Shown: positions 38,261 to 52,135, counted from the first letter of the stretch. The stretch: DNA of 64,000 nucleotides from Blasia pusilla (GCA_050084515.1 CM114271.1:26288001-26352000), one strand, 5' to 3'. Notes: generated by a model from the letters alone, not told the origin. Program-made: numbers and translations.

Positions 38261-39106
38261 ACTGAAAGATTTTATTGGGGGACCATCTGCACTATTCTAT
38301 AGAATGCTAGAAGAGTTATTACATTACACTCTTGTAAGTAATTACACTCTCGCAATTAAATGTAAATGATATCCTACTCCCTAGAGTAAATTCATCCTTC
38401 CATAAAATTTAAACCAAATCTATTCATTCTCCATTAAAATTCAATTTCCCTTTCCATTACATATGAATCAACGCACCTCTGAATTTCTTTATCTATCATT
38501 TTCAAATTTATAGAGATTTAGTAAGATTTATATTCACCTATTGTAGTATTAAATAAAAATGAAATAACAAGTAATTTTGGTTTTCTATTCCATCCAAGTC
38601 TCTTTCAAATTCTACCCCATGCAATATTTATCAGAGGGATAAAATTCATACATCATTTATCTTTACAATTAAATTCAAACATATATTTTCCTTCATTAGT
38701 TTTGGGAAAAAAAATTCATCCCTTTTCCAATCTCCATCTTTCAATAAATAAAAGAAACTCGCTTAATTTTATAAGTTAGTAATTTTTTAGGAATCAGTAA
38801 TATAAAAAATAAATTTATATCAAACAAATCATTAAATTATGGTATCTTCCATCCTATCCAAGGATTTATAACCTAAGAGAAAAATTTAATCCATTTCATG
38901 AACTCACTTCATGGACAACATTGTTGATCGTCTCACATTCACAAGTTTCCTTAGTTGTATATTTTGAATTTTTTTATAAATGTCTTACAACAAATGAGGA
39001 GTAGCCCACAAAACATTGGGATTGAGAGGAATCTAATACTTGTGTACATAACAAAGATATAAATATCAATTCATTCTCTCTTATCTGATTCATCATCCGA
39101 TATATG

Positions 39107-40985
39107 TTACACCGGTGTCGACGTCTCACCATTTCTTCCTCCTCTTCCCCTAGCTCTAGTCACGCACGTCCCACCTCCATGAGGAACAATCCTTTCCAAC
39201 TCAACATCACCTTCACCATCATCAGTTTCTTGTGTTTGTTGTGTCGAAAACATCTCCCACTCTCTCTCGAAGAATCCAAAGAGTTCCTCCTGCATTCGAC
39301 GAGGAAAGTAGTATGTTCGAGGATATCCGCTTTCAGTCTTTTGAGGAATATCTTGCCATAAGAAAGGTGGCAAGATCAATATGAGTCTCCTCAAAACAAG
39401 CTCATCCATCAATGGATTTTGATAATGGTTAAGCACAAGTTGTCAAGTTGTGTTGAGGGCGTCTCAAACTTCTTGTGATTTCAACCCTCAAGCACAGAAG
39501 AAGTTTTCCGCCTCTCGATTTTTGGAGATCAATGGCTTTTCCGTGGATGAGCTCTACTTGATCGTACATGTTAATCCACCAGACCAACCACGCTCGCATT
39601 GCGGGATCAATCCTCTGTTGGCGACGGATTTTCGCTTGAATCACCATGTCTATGTTCACTTCGGGGTTATAGTTCGATCGAAAGCTACGATATCCCAAAT
39701 TGGAAGTGAAAATTTCTTGCTCTTGGGTTAATTTATGATAAGTGGATGGTGCATTGCCATCAGGAGTGCGGAAAGATATGCCGAAAAGGTGATAGAGTCT
39801 TCTTGACCAAGCTTGTCTACAAGTTGGACAATTGTGAGATAGTAGCTTGGCCTTTTGAAGACAATATGGATGCCAATAACAAGCTTTACATGTGCCTATC
39901 ACGTAGCAACCTTCTGCATCAATGGGGTTGAAGCATATCGTGTATTTGGGCCAGTGTTTTGGCGTGAGGGTCCCTCCTTCACATACTGTGATTGCCTTCA
40001 TCCAATCCGAAAGATCTTGCACTGTTTCGGATTAAGAGGCATCGGTGCCAACATCATAGAGGCATAGTTCGCAGCGTTTGAATCTATGATATTGTCCCAT
40101 GTTGCGTGTAGAGCAGGAGGCCACAACTCCTCGATAGGTTGGAATAAGATTATATCAACCTCCTTCATGAAACGACCCTCAAGTAGGATTGTCTCAAGGG
40201 TGAATTCTCCCACGTTACCTCTTGCTCTCCATCGCAATAATTCATCCATCTCTTGTTGTCGTCTTGCCGTGATGTTCTCATATGCTCTCCTCCACTGCTC
40301 TTTGTGGTCAACCATTACAACTCTTTGCCTTTTATGGAGGTCATCTATGGAGAAAGATTCATTCAAATGCCTCTACATCTCTTTCTTCAATCTCATGTGC
40401 TCCTCATATAGTTGTTCATACTTCCCCTTCAAAACTTGAATCCTGCGGCCAAATCAAAATTGAGTTGGGAATTTGTCATTAAACTCTCCAACTGTGATGA
40501 ATGAGACATTACCTCGCTATTATCCGGAGCACTCTCCCCACAAAAGGTTTGGAGAGGAGCATTGCTATGTATAGTGCAATACATAGCAATGCTCTCCCCG
40601 AAATCATCAAAGCTTGTACAATGACCTACACAGAGGTCATTCAAACCATCTTGTCTATCCTCCGCCCCCATGTGTACTCGCTCTTCATCTCCACTCTCGT
40701 CTTGTATATACTCTTCAGCATGACTATTTCTTCTTTGACCATCCAAGGAAGATAGTATGGCTCTAAGGCTCCTTGACAATCCACCTTGCTGATAATGGCG
40801 TGACGACGCTCGTGGTGATGAAGCTTCCACTCTTGCTCGTTTAAAGTGTTACCGTGGATTTCAACAATCTTCTTCTCTTGGCTCTTATCTCTTTGAATTC
40901 GTGAAGATTTCTCGTCCACATCGCCATATTGGATATGCAGGCCTGACGTAGCCCATGTGCGGGTCCGCGAGCCCCTACCCTCCAC
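39107..40985 (-). pseudogene. Intronless, frameshifted coiled-coil plus RING-finger protein
   Basis: Consecutive overlapping minus-strand ORFs. Charged helical part YEQLYEEHMRLKKE..EQWRRAYE; RING-like YTIC-x15-CKACYWHPYC-x10-CPTC in ORF 39429-40022; acidic tail. Confidence 0.65.
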
Positions 40986-41383
40986 CCCCCCTTGCGGGCC
41001 CGCTCTACATCCTGCGCGGGGGCTTTATGGCCTACATACGCGTCCACGATGCCCACCCCCTGGGTCTGTGAGCCCTCCCTCGTCCATATGTGGGCCTGCA
41101 AGGCCCCGCCCCTACACCCGCATATGAGCCCATGAGCCCGCATGCAGGCCTGTCGTAGGCCGCGTGCGGCCCGTGAGCCTGAGTGCCCCCGCCTCCCCCC
41201 CCATGGGCCCGCCGTTCCGGTGAACCCCGCGGGGATACGTGGCGGCCTCGGAGTGGCTGGGCCAAGTTCAAATTGGCCCCAACTTCCTCCCCTTCCCCCT
41301 TTTTTCCCTTTGGAGTAGAATCCATAAGGGAAGGGGCCCATAAGAGGCCCCAAATATTTACATATGGGGGGAGTTAAAGAGTA

Positions 41384-42548
41384 CGTTACCTAATTATCAC
41401 TTATTCTCCATATTTATTCAGTTTTTTAGTGATATTTTGGATTAGGCTCCAAAAGTTTCCGAACTTTAGGAAAAGAGATAACAAAAGAAGATGGAATTAT
41501 AAAAGTAAAGGAGTGGGGTTGGTGACTAGGCTAGTTGGGGTAATTTAGAAGATATGAAGTGAGTAAAGGAGGATTTTTTGGAAGAGTTAAGAGGTAATCT
41601 ACTTGTGGCAAAATTTGATCAACTAAGCCTTGATAGGAAGCCATATGGCACAAGATCAAATTAGCTTTTGGATCTCTTGTGAGTATATCAAGAGGATGGA
41701 CCTTTAAGGATTTATTACCTTCTACTTCATATCTTGAGTTTTCTCGTGTCACTCTTTAATGGATGGTTTTGGGATTGCTTGCTCTTCCAATGAGAGTGGA
41801 TTACCCTTCTTGGGAGAGTAACTTGACCATGATCTAGTCTTTGAAAGGATTCTAGAGTGTGGTATGTGTGGAGATGAGAAACTTGTCACCTTAGGAGAGT
41901 TTGGTCATACTAGAAATAGTGGATGGTTTGGTTTGTTATTTTCCCAATGAGACTGGATTACACCTCTTGGGAGAGCAATCCTGCCATAACCCATTATAGA
42001 AGAGAGTAGAGGATGTTCGTCAAGTATGGATAAGGATGAAACACGAGTTGTACCGGATTTTCCTTTCCTTCATCCGTATTGTGACAAGATTCTCTTTGTA
42101 GGTAGGCATTGGTTCACTCGCCATCTAGTTTATCGCTTTGGGGAGGCGTTTAAGAACTAAGTCATGCAATTTCCAACTCCGATGATTCTTCCTATAATCA
42201 CGTGCGAAAGGATATGGGATTGTACTTTGTATGTCCTTATATAGTAATCCATGGATGTCAAAAGGCCTGCTCAAGTAGGATTTAACAGTAGTTGTGATAT
42301 TTTTCTTATGTACAAATGTAAAGTACTTTAGACAAACTTCATAGTTAGGAATTTCAGGATTCCATGTTATGAAAAAAGTGATGGCCTTGGCACTACCATT
42401 CGTGATTCTTGTCGTGAGAGAATGGAGGCTTTACATAATAATTCTGTATTGAAAGAGGAGAACTTCTTGTAGATTTTGATTTGCATCAACCACGTCTATT
42501 GGATCTAGAAGGTCTCCCATTACTCGAAGAAAGACTCTCCATATGACA
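41384..42548 (+). mobile_element. LTR of the second Gypsy family, nested in copy 2
   Basis: cgttac start, TGACA end, preceded by purine tract ggggggagttaaagag; homologous to the LTR at 18983-20216. Copy-2 RNase H resumes directly after 42548. Confidence 0.7.
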
Positions 42549-44844
42549 ACGATGTAGAGACAAAGTAAAGCTCGTATGAGGATGAGTACTTGGCTATAGT
42601 ATGCGTTGTCGCGCATTTCATGTGTTATTTATTCAGTTACCCCTTTACCATCATTACTAATCATCAGCCACTTAAGTGGTTGATGGAGAGTCCTTTAATC
42701 TAGAGCCGATGAGGAGACGACAGGTGACAGGTGGCGGACATATTCATGACGATGAAGTAGTCTTGGAGTGCTTGCGTATTGGCAGCGTTGCCACCACAAT
42801 GGGTGCTAGAGAGCGGGATCGGATCCTAAAATGAGCCAAACAATTTCAGTGGGAGGGGACACATGTAATGCGAGTTTGGGAGGATGGTAGAGTCCGTGTA
42901 GTGCCATATACTTCCGATCATGGGTTAGGGTTATAGATGGAGTTTGGATTTTGCAAAACCGTAACCTTTGACGGAATGCCATAGTCGTTATGTGTTGGTG
43001 ATGGTCCGACACTTCTCAAAATGGATAGAGTTGATTGTATTTCCTCACAAAGCGAGTGAGGTAGTAGCGGATGCCTTCCTAGATTTATTGCTCAGTCATC
43101 ACGATGCATTAGCTGAGGTGTTGACACACCAGGGTACACAATTTTGCGGGGAGTTTCAGACCTTGTGTGATCGGGTGCGGATCAACCATCGCACCACTTT
43201 GCGAGATCATCCTAAGAGGGATGGACTAGCGGAGAGGGTTGTGCAAACGGTGAAGATAGGATTGCGCAAGTATGGCTTGTAGAGAGGTCATCTAGGAGAT
43301 TGGGACCTTGAGTTACCGTGGTTGGCGATGGGATACACATTGAGCAAACATGCCTCCTTAGCGTCTTTCTCACCGTACTTGCTACTTTATGACTGAGAGC
43401 CGGATTTTCCTGTGGCCATTCGTCAAGATGTTGGTGAGGTGAGGTGTTAAACCTTGATGACCATGATGTATGGATGCAAGAATGTTCTCAGAGGGTTGAG
43501 TTGTTTCGAAGAGTGATACCCATGATGTTTGAGAACTTGATGACTATGCAATATTGGGATAAATTGAGGTATGTGACTATTCAGGAAGGTGGTTATCGAC
43601 CTACTATCCAGAGGTTTCATAAGGGAGACTATATCTACTTGCAGCAGAGGGCACCTACAATATTGGATGTGACTTCAAGGCGCACTATCTTGAGAGTGGG
43701 TGAGATTCTGCCATCTGTTGTTCTCTAATTGGAGGGACCTGATGGTATGGTTTGGAAGGACGATGTGCATAATTTTCTGCCATGTCACCTTCCTAACATT
43801 GATGGTACAATTGATCCAAGCTTAACAATAGTTCATGTAGGGTTGCGAGGTATGTTGCGTGATTCCACCCGTGGTGCAGCCACCATGCTAGTTTGTGATG
43901 AGTGTTCGAGAGGATCGCATATGGCATGTCTAAAGCCACCTCTCACTAGGGTCCCTCGATGATGCTGGATGAATCTCATATAAACATAGAGAAGGCTGTT
44001 CTAGATTCCAACTTGTGTGAGTGATATGGATGACAAGGAGGCGACTAACAAGCAGCCCATATGAGCACCCGACCTTTTTGCTCTTTGCGTCCGAGAGATG
44101 TATGTGATGGTAGGTAGGGATAGATGGCTATATGGAGTTAGAGGGACCTAACCACCAACTAGGGGGATAATTGGAGATATTTTGTAACTTCTCGTCTCGT
44201 TGTTTGGATGCCATACGTTAGCATGGGATTGTGTGTGTTTCTGTGTGTGTTCGGTGATAGCGATGTATATGCGTATGACAACTGTCACGTCTTTTAGGAT
44301 AGATAAAGGAGATCTAATACACCGCCTTCAAAGATACTAGAGGGCAACCGAAGGAGGTCGAGGATGACGAGTTGAGGCCACGGCCGCGAGTAACCTGAGA
44401 GAGCAAGTTTCCCCTTTGGGGTATAGTTGACTTTCCACTTTGGAAGTGGCCCTTGACCTGCCATAGTAGTTCAAGGGCCAAGAAGGTGACTTGCAAGCAT
44501 AATTTATTGAGGAGAAAGCTTGGGAGAGGGAAGGGGCTATATCTCCAAGAGAGAGAGTTTGAGAGCTCATTTTCTCTTTGTTGAAGCTCTTGGCATGAGG
44601 CGGTAGAGCTATGGTCTTGCTTGGCTTGCGTGTGTAACCCAAGCCTCTTATTAGGAGAGTACACCATGACATGAGAGAGAGTGCACACCGTGGAGAACTT
44701 GGTGTGAGATGTTGAGAGAGATCTACTTGATTTATTAGAGATATTTTGGTACTTCTTGTCTCGTTGTTCGGATGCTATGAGTTAGCATGGGACCGTGCGT
44801 ATTTATGTGTATGTTCAATGATAACAATGTGTATGCGTATGACA
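42549..44844 (+). mobile_element. DNMT-Gypsy copy 2, 3' part (RNase H end, deleted integrase, PHD, B1-A2-B2)
   Basis: Continues the YASRSNN/AKYSSYEGEC motif broken at 37728. PHD MLVCDECSRGSHMACLKPPL at ~43845-43975; B1 44174-44280, A2 44283-~44735, B2 44738-44844 ending TGACA. Confidence 0.92.
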
Positions 44845-45129
44845 ACCTCTTCAAGTATCACATCACGTTTGACAACACCAACGCTCCTCCACAAGTGGTT
44901 TCATGAGCTACCACAGCTAGAGGGAAGCACTTTGAAACGTTCTCAAGTAGAGGGATAGGAAAAACTAGGGGAAAAAAATCCTCTATTCATGCGGTATAGC
45001 TAGAGAAGCACATTGACCGACATTGCACTTAATTTCCAAAACCTACTTGATTTAGTTAGGGGGATAGCGCAAGTGCAAGTAGCAACAACCCAGGTGAGCA
45101 TCGTGCGAGGGAAGTAAAGAGGGAGAGCT

Positions 45130-47100
45130 CGAGCGCATACAGGAGCGCTAAAACTTGGAGTTCCATTTGGCTCACTCCAAGAGTCAGTTCATGCTCTTGT
45201 TGATCATGGTTTGAAGATCGACATCATGTCGCAAAGTATATACAACAAAGGGATGTGGCCAATTGATACAAGGTCTGGATGGATACTACGTGGGGCTAAT
45301 AACCAAAAAGGTGAACTCTACGGTGCTTGTCCTACAGTCAAAATTTGTATCGGAGATGTGTTGATTGAGCAAAATTTCTTTCTTCTGAATGGAGCTTCTT
45401 ATCGTGTGATTCTTGGACAACCTTACATCACAGCATCTAGAATGGAGACCAAAGTCATGGATGATGGGTCTTACTAAGACCGTATTAGAAGTGAGGATGG
45501 AACGAGATCAATTCAATTCCTTATTCTACGATTAGGTTATGAAAGGAATAGAGAGAAGTTGAGAGATGGTCCTATGAAGGAAGAGAGTTGGGAGTTTTTG
45601 GATTTTTAGTAAGCACTCCTTTAGAGCGAGAATATGGGGGTACAGAGAAAATAAAGAGTTTTCCGCTAGAAGAGGGGGAAGAATCATATATGTTTAGGTG
45701 TGGGTTTTCTCAATGTTTTTCTTCGTGATCGAGTAGATTCCAAATGATGAAAGAAATGAATGAAAAGAAAATACGATTTATGAAGACAAAAAAAAGGTTT
45801 GTTAAAATGTGAGGGTGTTCTATCAGATGAAGAGTTCATTAGTGGGATGTATAAAGAAGAGGGTTTTGGAGATAGTCTTGAAGAGGTGTTGACCCAAATA
45901 AGCTTTGATTTGTTTGATACAAGTGTGATTACAATTCACACGCGTAAGTTACATGAAGAAATATCAAGGTTTATGGAAGGAGAAAATGGATATGAATCTA
46001 CGAAGAAGGAAGCGAGATGGGTTCAAGTTTGAGGCAGACGAACATCCCATGAGGGCACGAGTGCACAAAAAATACAAGACGATGATCTGGAAGGTCAAAC
46101 CAATGGCTACTCAACTACCAGATGGTTGTGGGAAACAAGTAGAAGGTGAATCAATGGAGCCAAATCTTTGGGATGTAAAGAATATAGGATACAAGGTCAC
46201 ACAACAGACGATAGCTTGTCTGCAAATAGGAGGGGGTGAGTTTCTCACATAAATTGAAAGAAAAAGCTTTCGGGAGATGTTAAGGAGACATGGTAAGGTC
46301 TTCTATTTTACTACACAAGAAATTGGTTTTGTAGACACAAGTGTGGTGACACTGATGGTAATTTTCACAGTTCCACATGTACCTTGGGATTTGAAACCCA
46401 TACCAATACCAGGAGCTATTATTCCCACAATGATTAAGTTATTGAAGAAGAAGATGTAGATGGGGATCTTAGAGCAATTTATGGGGCCTTACGCAAGTTG
46501 ATGGTTCACTACGCAGAAGAAATCATGAGCTCTCCTGTTCATTCAAGATATGCAACCGGGAAATAAGATAACCATTCAAAATATGGGAGCATGGCCAGCC
46601 TAGAATAGATGAAGTTGCAGAAGCTTTTGCAGCCCGTGCTTTTTTTTCTGTAGGAGATTTACACTCAAGATATGATCAATTCCAATTAACTATGGAGAGT
46701 AGAGATATGACCCTTATACACACTCCACTTGGGCTTGTAAGAATGTGCACATTACCTCACGGAGTAACAAATTCTCTTGCTTAAATGCAAAGTGCAATAA
46801 ATAAGATTTTGAGAAAATTCATTCTTGAGAAAACTATTCCTTTTATAGATGATATTCCTATAAAAGCATGTGCAATAGAAGAAAGAATTCAGAGGGTTGT
46901 TAAAGATGGATGTAGAAAGTTTGTGTCTAATCATATTTGTGATGTAGATAGGATCCTAACGAGACTAGAAGAGGTCAATCTTACTCTTTATGGAAAAAAG
47001 TGTAGCTTTGGGGTTCCTTAGATTGTGGTAGTGGGTCATCTTTGTGGAGAGTTTGGCTGAAAACCAAATCCAACATAGTTGATGTCAGCGGGACCTTCAA
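45130..47100 (+). pseudogene. Protease and RT fragment of a Gypsy element distinct from the DNMT family
   Basis: ALVDHG...VILGQPYIT (protease); TVPHVPW, TPLGLVRMCTLPHGVTNS, PFIDDIPIK, KCSFGV (RT). Truncated where copy 3 begins. Confidence 0.85.
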
Positions 47101-47865
47101 GGGCACTCTCACATATCTCTCTCAATGTCAGATCAAACCCACTCTTCTAATTATAGGCTTGGGTTACACACACAAGGCAAGCAAGACCAAAGCTTTGCCG
47201 CCTCATGCCGAGAGGTTCAACAGAGAGAGAATGAGCTCTCAAGCTCTCTCTCCTTGAGGTATACCCCTCCCCTCTCCCAACCTCTCTCCATGGTAACATA
47301 TGCGCCCAAGTCACCTCCTTGGCTCTTGACATGATGTAGGAGATCAAGGGACACTTAACAAAAATAAGAAGTCGATCATAGAATCAAAATGGTACTTACC
47401 TAAAATAGTAAGTTCCTCAATATGGCTCCAAATGAGCCCAAACGAAGGGGAAACCTACTCTCTCAGGTTTCTTGGGGCCTTAGCAAGTCATCCTCAACCT
47501 ATTGAGCCTGCCCTACACTACTCACGAAGGTGCTCTACTAGATCTCTCCGATTTATCCTAAAAGACGTGACAACTTTGGTGCTCATATACATCGTTGTCA
47601 CCGAACACACACATAAACACGCACGATCCCATGCTTACTCATGACATTCAAAAAATGAGACAAGAAGTACCAAAATATCTCCAATCGCGCTCCTAGTTGG
47701 TGGTTAGGTCCCTCTTACTCCAGATAGCCATCTATCCCTACCTTCCATGACATACATCTCTCAGACGCTAAGAGCAAGAAGGTCGGGTGCTCATGTGGCC
47801 CCATCGTTACTCGCCTTCTTGTCATCCATATCACAGATACGAGTCGGAATGTAGAACTACCTACT

Positions 47866-48012
47866 CTATGTACATCTGGGACACATCCATTGTTCCTGAG
47901 GAATCCTAGTGAGAGGTGGCATCAAACATACCATATGCCATCCTCTCGAACATCCATCATAGACTAGCATAGTGGCTGCACCACGGGCGGAACCACACAA
48001 CATACCCTGCAA
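47866..48012 (-). pseudogene. PHD finger of copy 3
   Basis: ORF 47866-48195 ends [46 protein letters not shown]. Confidence 0.88.
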
Positions 48013-51000
48013 GCTTGCACGAACTATTCCTGAGCTCGGACCAACTATACCGTCTATGTTTGAAAGATGACATGGCGCAAAATTACGCATATCGTCCTTC
48101 CAAACCATACCATCGCGTCCCTCCAATAAGAGAGCACCCGATGGCGAAACCTCACACACTGTCAAGATGGTGCGCCCTTTATTCACATCCAACATCGTGG
48201 ATGCCCTCTGCTACAAGTAGGCAAAGTCTCCTTGATGAAACCTCCGGATAGTAAGTCGATAACCACCTCCCCGAATAGTCGCATACCTCAACGTATCACG
48301 ATGTTGGGAAATCGCCAAGTTCTCAAACGCCATGGCTATCACTCTCTAAAACAACTCACTTCTCTAAGAACATGCTTGCATCCATATATCAAGGTCAACA
48401 AGTTTCAACACCTCACCAACATCTTGACGAATGGTCGTAGGTAAATGTGGCTCTCGGCCATAATGCAACAAGTACGGTGAGAAAGACGCTAAGGATGTCT
48501 GCCTGCTGAATCTGTATCCCATCGCAAACCACAGCAACTAAAGGTCCCAATCTCCTTGGTGACCTCTCTACAAGCCAAACTTGCGTAGTCCTCTCTTCAC
48601 CATCTGCACAACCTACTCGGCTAGTCCATTTGCCTCATGATGATCTCGCAAAGTAGTGCGGTGGTCGATCAGTGCCTGATCACAAAAGGCCCGAAACTCC
48701 CCGCGGAACTCTGTACCCTGGTCTGTCAACACCTCAGCTGGTGCACGGTGATGACTCAACACTTGATCTAGGAAGATATACGCTACTCCCTCACTTGCTT
48801 TGTCAGGCAATGCAACCAACTCTATTCACTTCGAGAAGTGTTGGACCATCACCAACACATGAGGACTATGGCGCTCCGTCAAACACAAAGGTCATGCAAA
48901 ATCCAAACTCCATCTGTAACCAAAACCCATGCGTGGTGTGCGATCGAGTTCGATCATTGTTCAATGCTCGAACTCGATTGCACACTGGAAGCAAATTGTT
49001 GAGCGTTAGTCTGTATGCCTCGCCACCAATACTGAATCTGGAGCAAGTTGTTCGTCCGCTTCACTCCAAAATGACCCAACTCCTTGTGGGCATGACGCAC
49101 CAAATGTGCTCTCTCCAAAGGATCAGGCACTACACGCACTCTACCATCCTTCCACACTTGCAACATATGTGTGCCCTCCCATCGGAACCATCTGGCTCAC
49201 TGTAGGATCCGATCCGGCTCTCTAGCACCCATTTTGCTCACGACGTTGCCAGTACGTAGGTACTTCAAGACCACTCCATCGTTGTAAATATTTAAGCCAC
49301 CTATCGTCTCCTTACTCGCCTCTGGATCTAAGGAATCTCCATCAGACCTCGCCATCAAAGTCTCAACAATCAGGCTCTCCATAGCCAACAAGCCCAAATA
49401 GGCTAACGGATGTCATCCTAACACCAACTCCTCATCACTCTCACCATGCCAACGAGCTCTAGTTGCATTTTGCTGACTCGGGCAGGGGTTATGGCTCAAA
49501 CCATCTGCATCCTAGTTGAGCGTCCCATGTCTATGCACCACAAAAGAGCCCACCTCGCAAGCTTCCCTGTAAGCTTGTCGGACTCCATCAACCACTTAAG
49601 TGGCTGATCAATAATGATGGTAAAGGGATAGATAACATCTGAAATATGCGACAACCCACATTGTAGCCAAGCACTCACCCTCATTGGAGCTATACTTTGC
49701 GTTTGCAATGTTGTTTGAGCGACTAGCATAAGCCACCACAAACTTTGTACCATCATCGTCATGTTGGGTCAGCAGGCCTCCAAGCCCCAACATGCTCCAA
49801 TCGATATGCAATTGGAAAGGATGTCCCTTGATTGTCCTCCTCAATGTGGGCACAGACTTCAATATGTCCTTAAGCATCTAAAATGCTCTCTCTTGCTCAT
49901 CCCCTTAGTGCCACTCCTGATCCACCTTGGTTATCAAGGTTAGCGGCTTCGAATCAAACTGAAACCCTTGACGTACCCTCGATAGAAGTTTGCCAATCAT
50001 ATGAATACACGAACTTGACTCACATCTATAGGGCATGGAATGCGTGAGATAACCTCTACCTTCATCCGTTGCATACCAAGGCCCCGAGGGTAGATCGTAT
50101 GACCCAAGTACTCAATTTGGTCGTAGAAGAACTTGCACTTGCCTGGATGTAGCTTCAGCCCATGTTACTACAATCGTCGAAACACCTCCTCTAGATGCTG
50201 CTCATGCTCCTCAACCGTGGTGCTAAAGACTACAATGTCATCAATATAATACCTAGCAAAATCCAGACTTGCCAAGATCCTATCCATAACCCTCTGAAAA
50301 TGAGTCGAGTCATTTTTTAACCCAAATGGTAAGAACCGCCATTGGTACAAACAATCCTTCCCATGAGGATGGATGCCCCAAAATACCGTCTTCTGCCTGT
50401 CCTCCAATCTGATAGATAGCTGATGGTATCTGGCTCGCAACCCAATGAACTGAAGACCTTTGCATGCCCAATCGCATCAAAGATCTCCTCAGGGGTGGGG
50501 ATGGCATGCCTATCGAACTTCGTATGCCGATTGATAGGTCGGTAATCTCCACACATTTGCCTATCCGTCCAATTGCCATGCACATCCTTCTTGGTGGGCA
50601 TGACAATGGCAGATGCATACTCTCTATGCGACATCTCCACTAGTCTTGCTCCAACCAAGTCCTGGCTCCTACTTTGAATCAGATCCTCTCCATGTCATTG
50701 TACCTGTAGGGTCGTCGGAAGATCGTCCTATCACTCGACAACTCAATGCGGATCCCTGAACTCTTCAACGTACCAAAATCATGCATACTAAATGCAAAAC
50801 ACCTCCTATAACTCCTAAGGAACTAGTGTATGTGATGCCGCTCTCCTCTTGTCATCTTAGGGCCCATATCTGGCTCTCAAGTCTCCATTGTGACTATGGT
50901 AGGACTCTCCGGCGCGGATGTCGGTGGTTGCTATGGTGCAACCCCATCTCGGACAATAGAACTCTCATCTCCATGTGTAGTTCCCGGAGCCACACTGGAT

Positions 51001-51189
51001 GTTGTGGCTATTATCTCATGCCGTACGTGCAAAACATCCAAAGAAGTCCAAGGGTATCTCTTCCGATCACTCCTGGTGTGTTGAGCCCCTAGTCATTGCC
51101 TCAACCATCTCGATAGGCATGGGGCTCACCAATGCAACTTTTGTGATATGTCGCATCCTCAAATAACCTTGCTAAGCTGCTCCTAAGCT

Positions 51190-52135
51190 GAAAATCCATA
51201 TCAAGAAGTTTAGGTCCATCGACTTATCCAAGATATGACGTCGTGATGCCTCCAATAGTGACGGTATTTCTGTCACTCCTCTAGGGAATCCCATGCTTGC
51301 AGTCGCTCATCGGCGTTGGGCTCCACCAACCTCTATACCTGGTCATCCCAAACCAAGCCAGGTCCAGCCTCCTTGAATGCATAGGAAGCGGGAAAACTCA
51401 CCAATGAAGGAAAGGCTGCTCGTGGCATGCCAATTCTGTTGACCACAATCAACAACGGTCAATCATCGAGCCTCATTGCTTGTGATTGATGGCCTAGATC
51501 CAATATAGAATCCACCAACAAATCAGAGGGACGCTCCATTCTTGCATAAGCACTCCGCAATACCTCATGTGGTACTAAGTTGGTCCACCAAAGATGCGGG
51601 CGTGTGCTCTAGAACCTACTCTCGCCCCATCTAACACTATTGTTAGGCCGATCCATGCGCGCACCTGATGTGCACTCGTCACCATGTGGAACCTCGAATC
51701 GCCCAAAATTGGCACATTCTCCAAAATGTATGTTGGAGAACAAGGCTAATGCTCATCTAAATATAATCATCAAGATCCGCATCATCTCCCAAAACAACCT
51801 GGACCGAGTGTCAGCTAACCCGCTCCCTCTTCCAACACTCAATTAGCCCTGACACGGCCAACCAGCAATGACCAAGTCTATGGTCCCTACCCGCTCCAAG
51901 TCCTGCGCCCCCAACAATGAAATTTCCCTCGATAGGGAACTCTAGTAATCCTGAATGGTGGACGCGGATAACAAGTCAGGAAAATAGAGGCGTAACAGCG
52001 CCACATGGTGAGTGAAGCGTGCCTTGCAACATCATCAAGTTCCACATATAGGTACTGTTGCACGCACACTCCAGCATGCAAAATAGCAGCTAATCCAACG
52101 TTGATCCCTCCAAAGAGATCCAACACCTAAATACC
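51190..52135 (-). pseudogene. DNMT3-like methyltransferase domain of copy 3
   Basis: VLDLFGGINVGL, YVELDD, GTIDLVIAGWPCQG (PC at 51857-51852), YILENVPILGDSR, GSRAHAR..WWTNL, EPNADER..MGFPRGVT. Confidence 0.93.

Noticed and set aside
40841-41377. Gly/Arg/Pro-rich ORFs in the GC island
   Set aside because: Open on both strands because GC-rich DNA has few stops; low complexity.
47083-47103. TGTCA at 47083 as the true end of copy 3
   Set aside because: Homology to A stops at ~47104, the bases fit the adjacent RT frame (VDVSG), and no TSD matches the 57099 flank.
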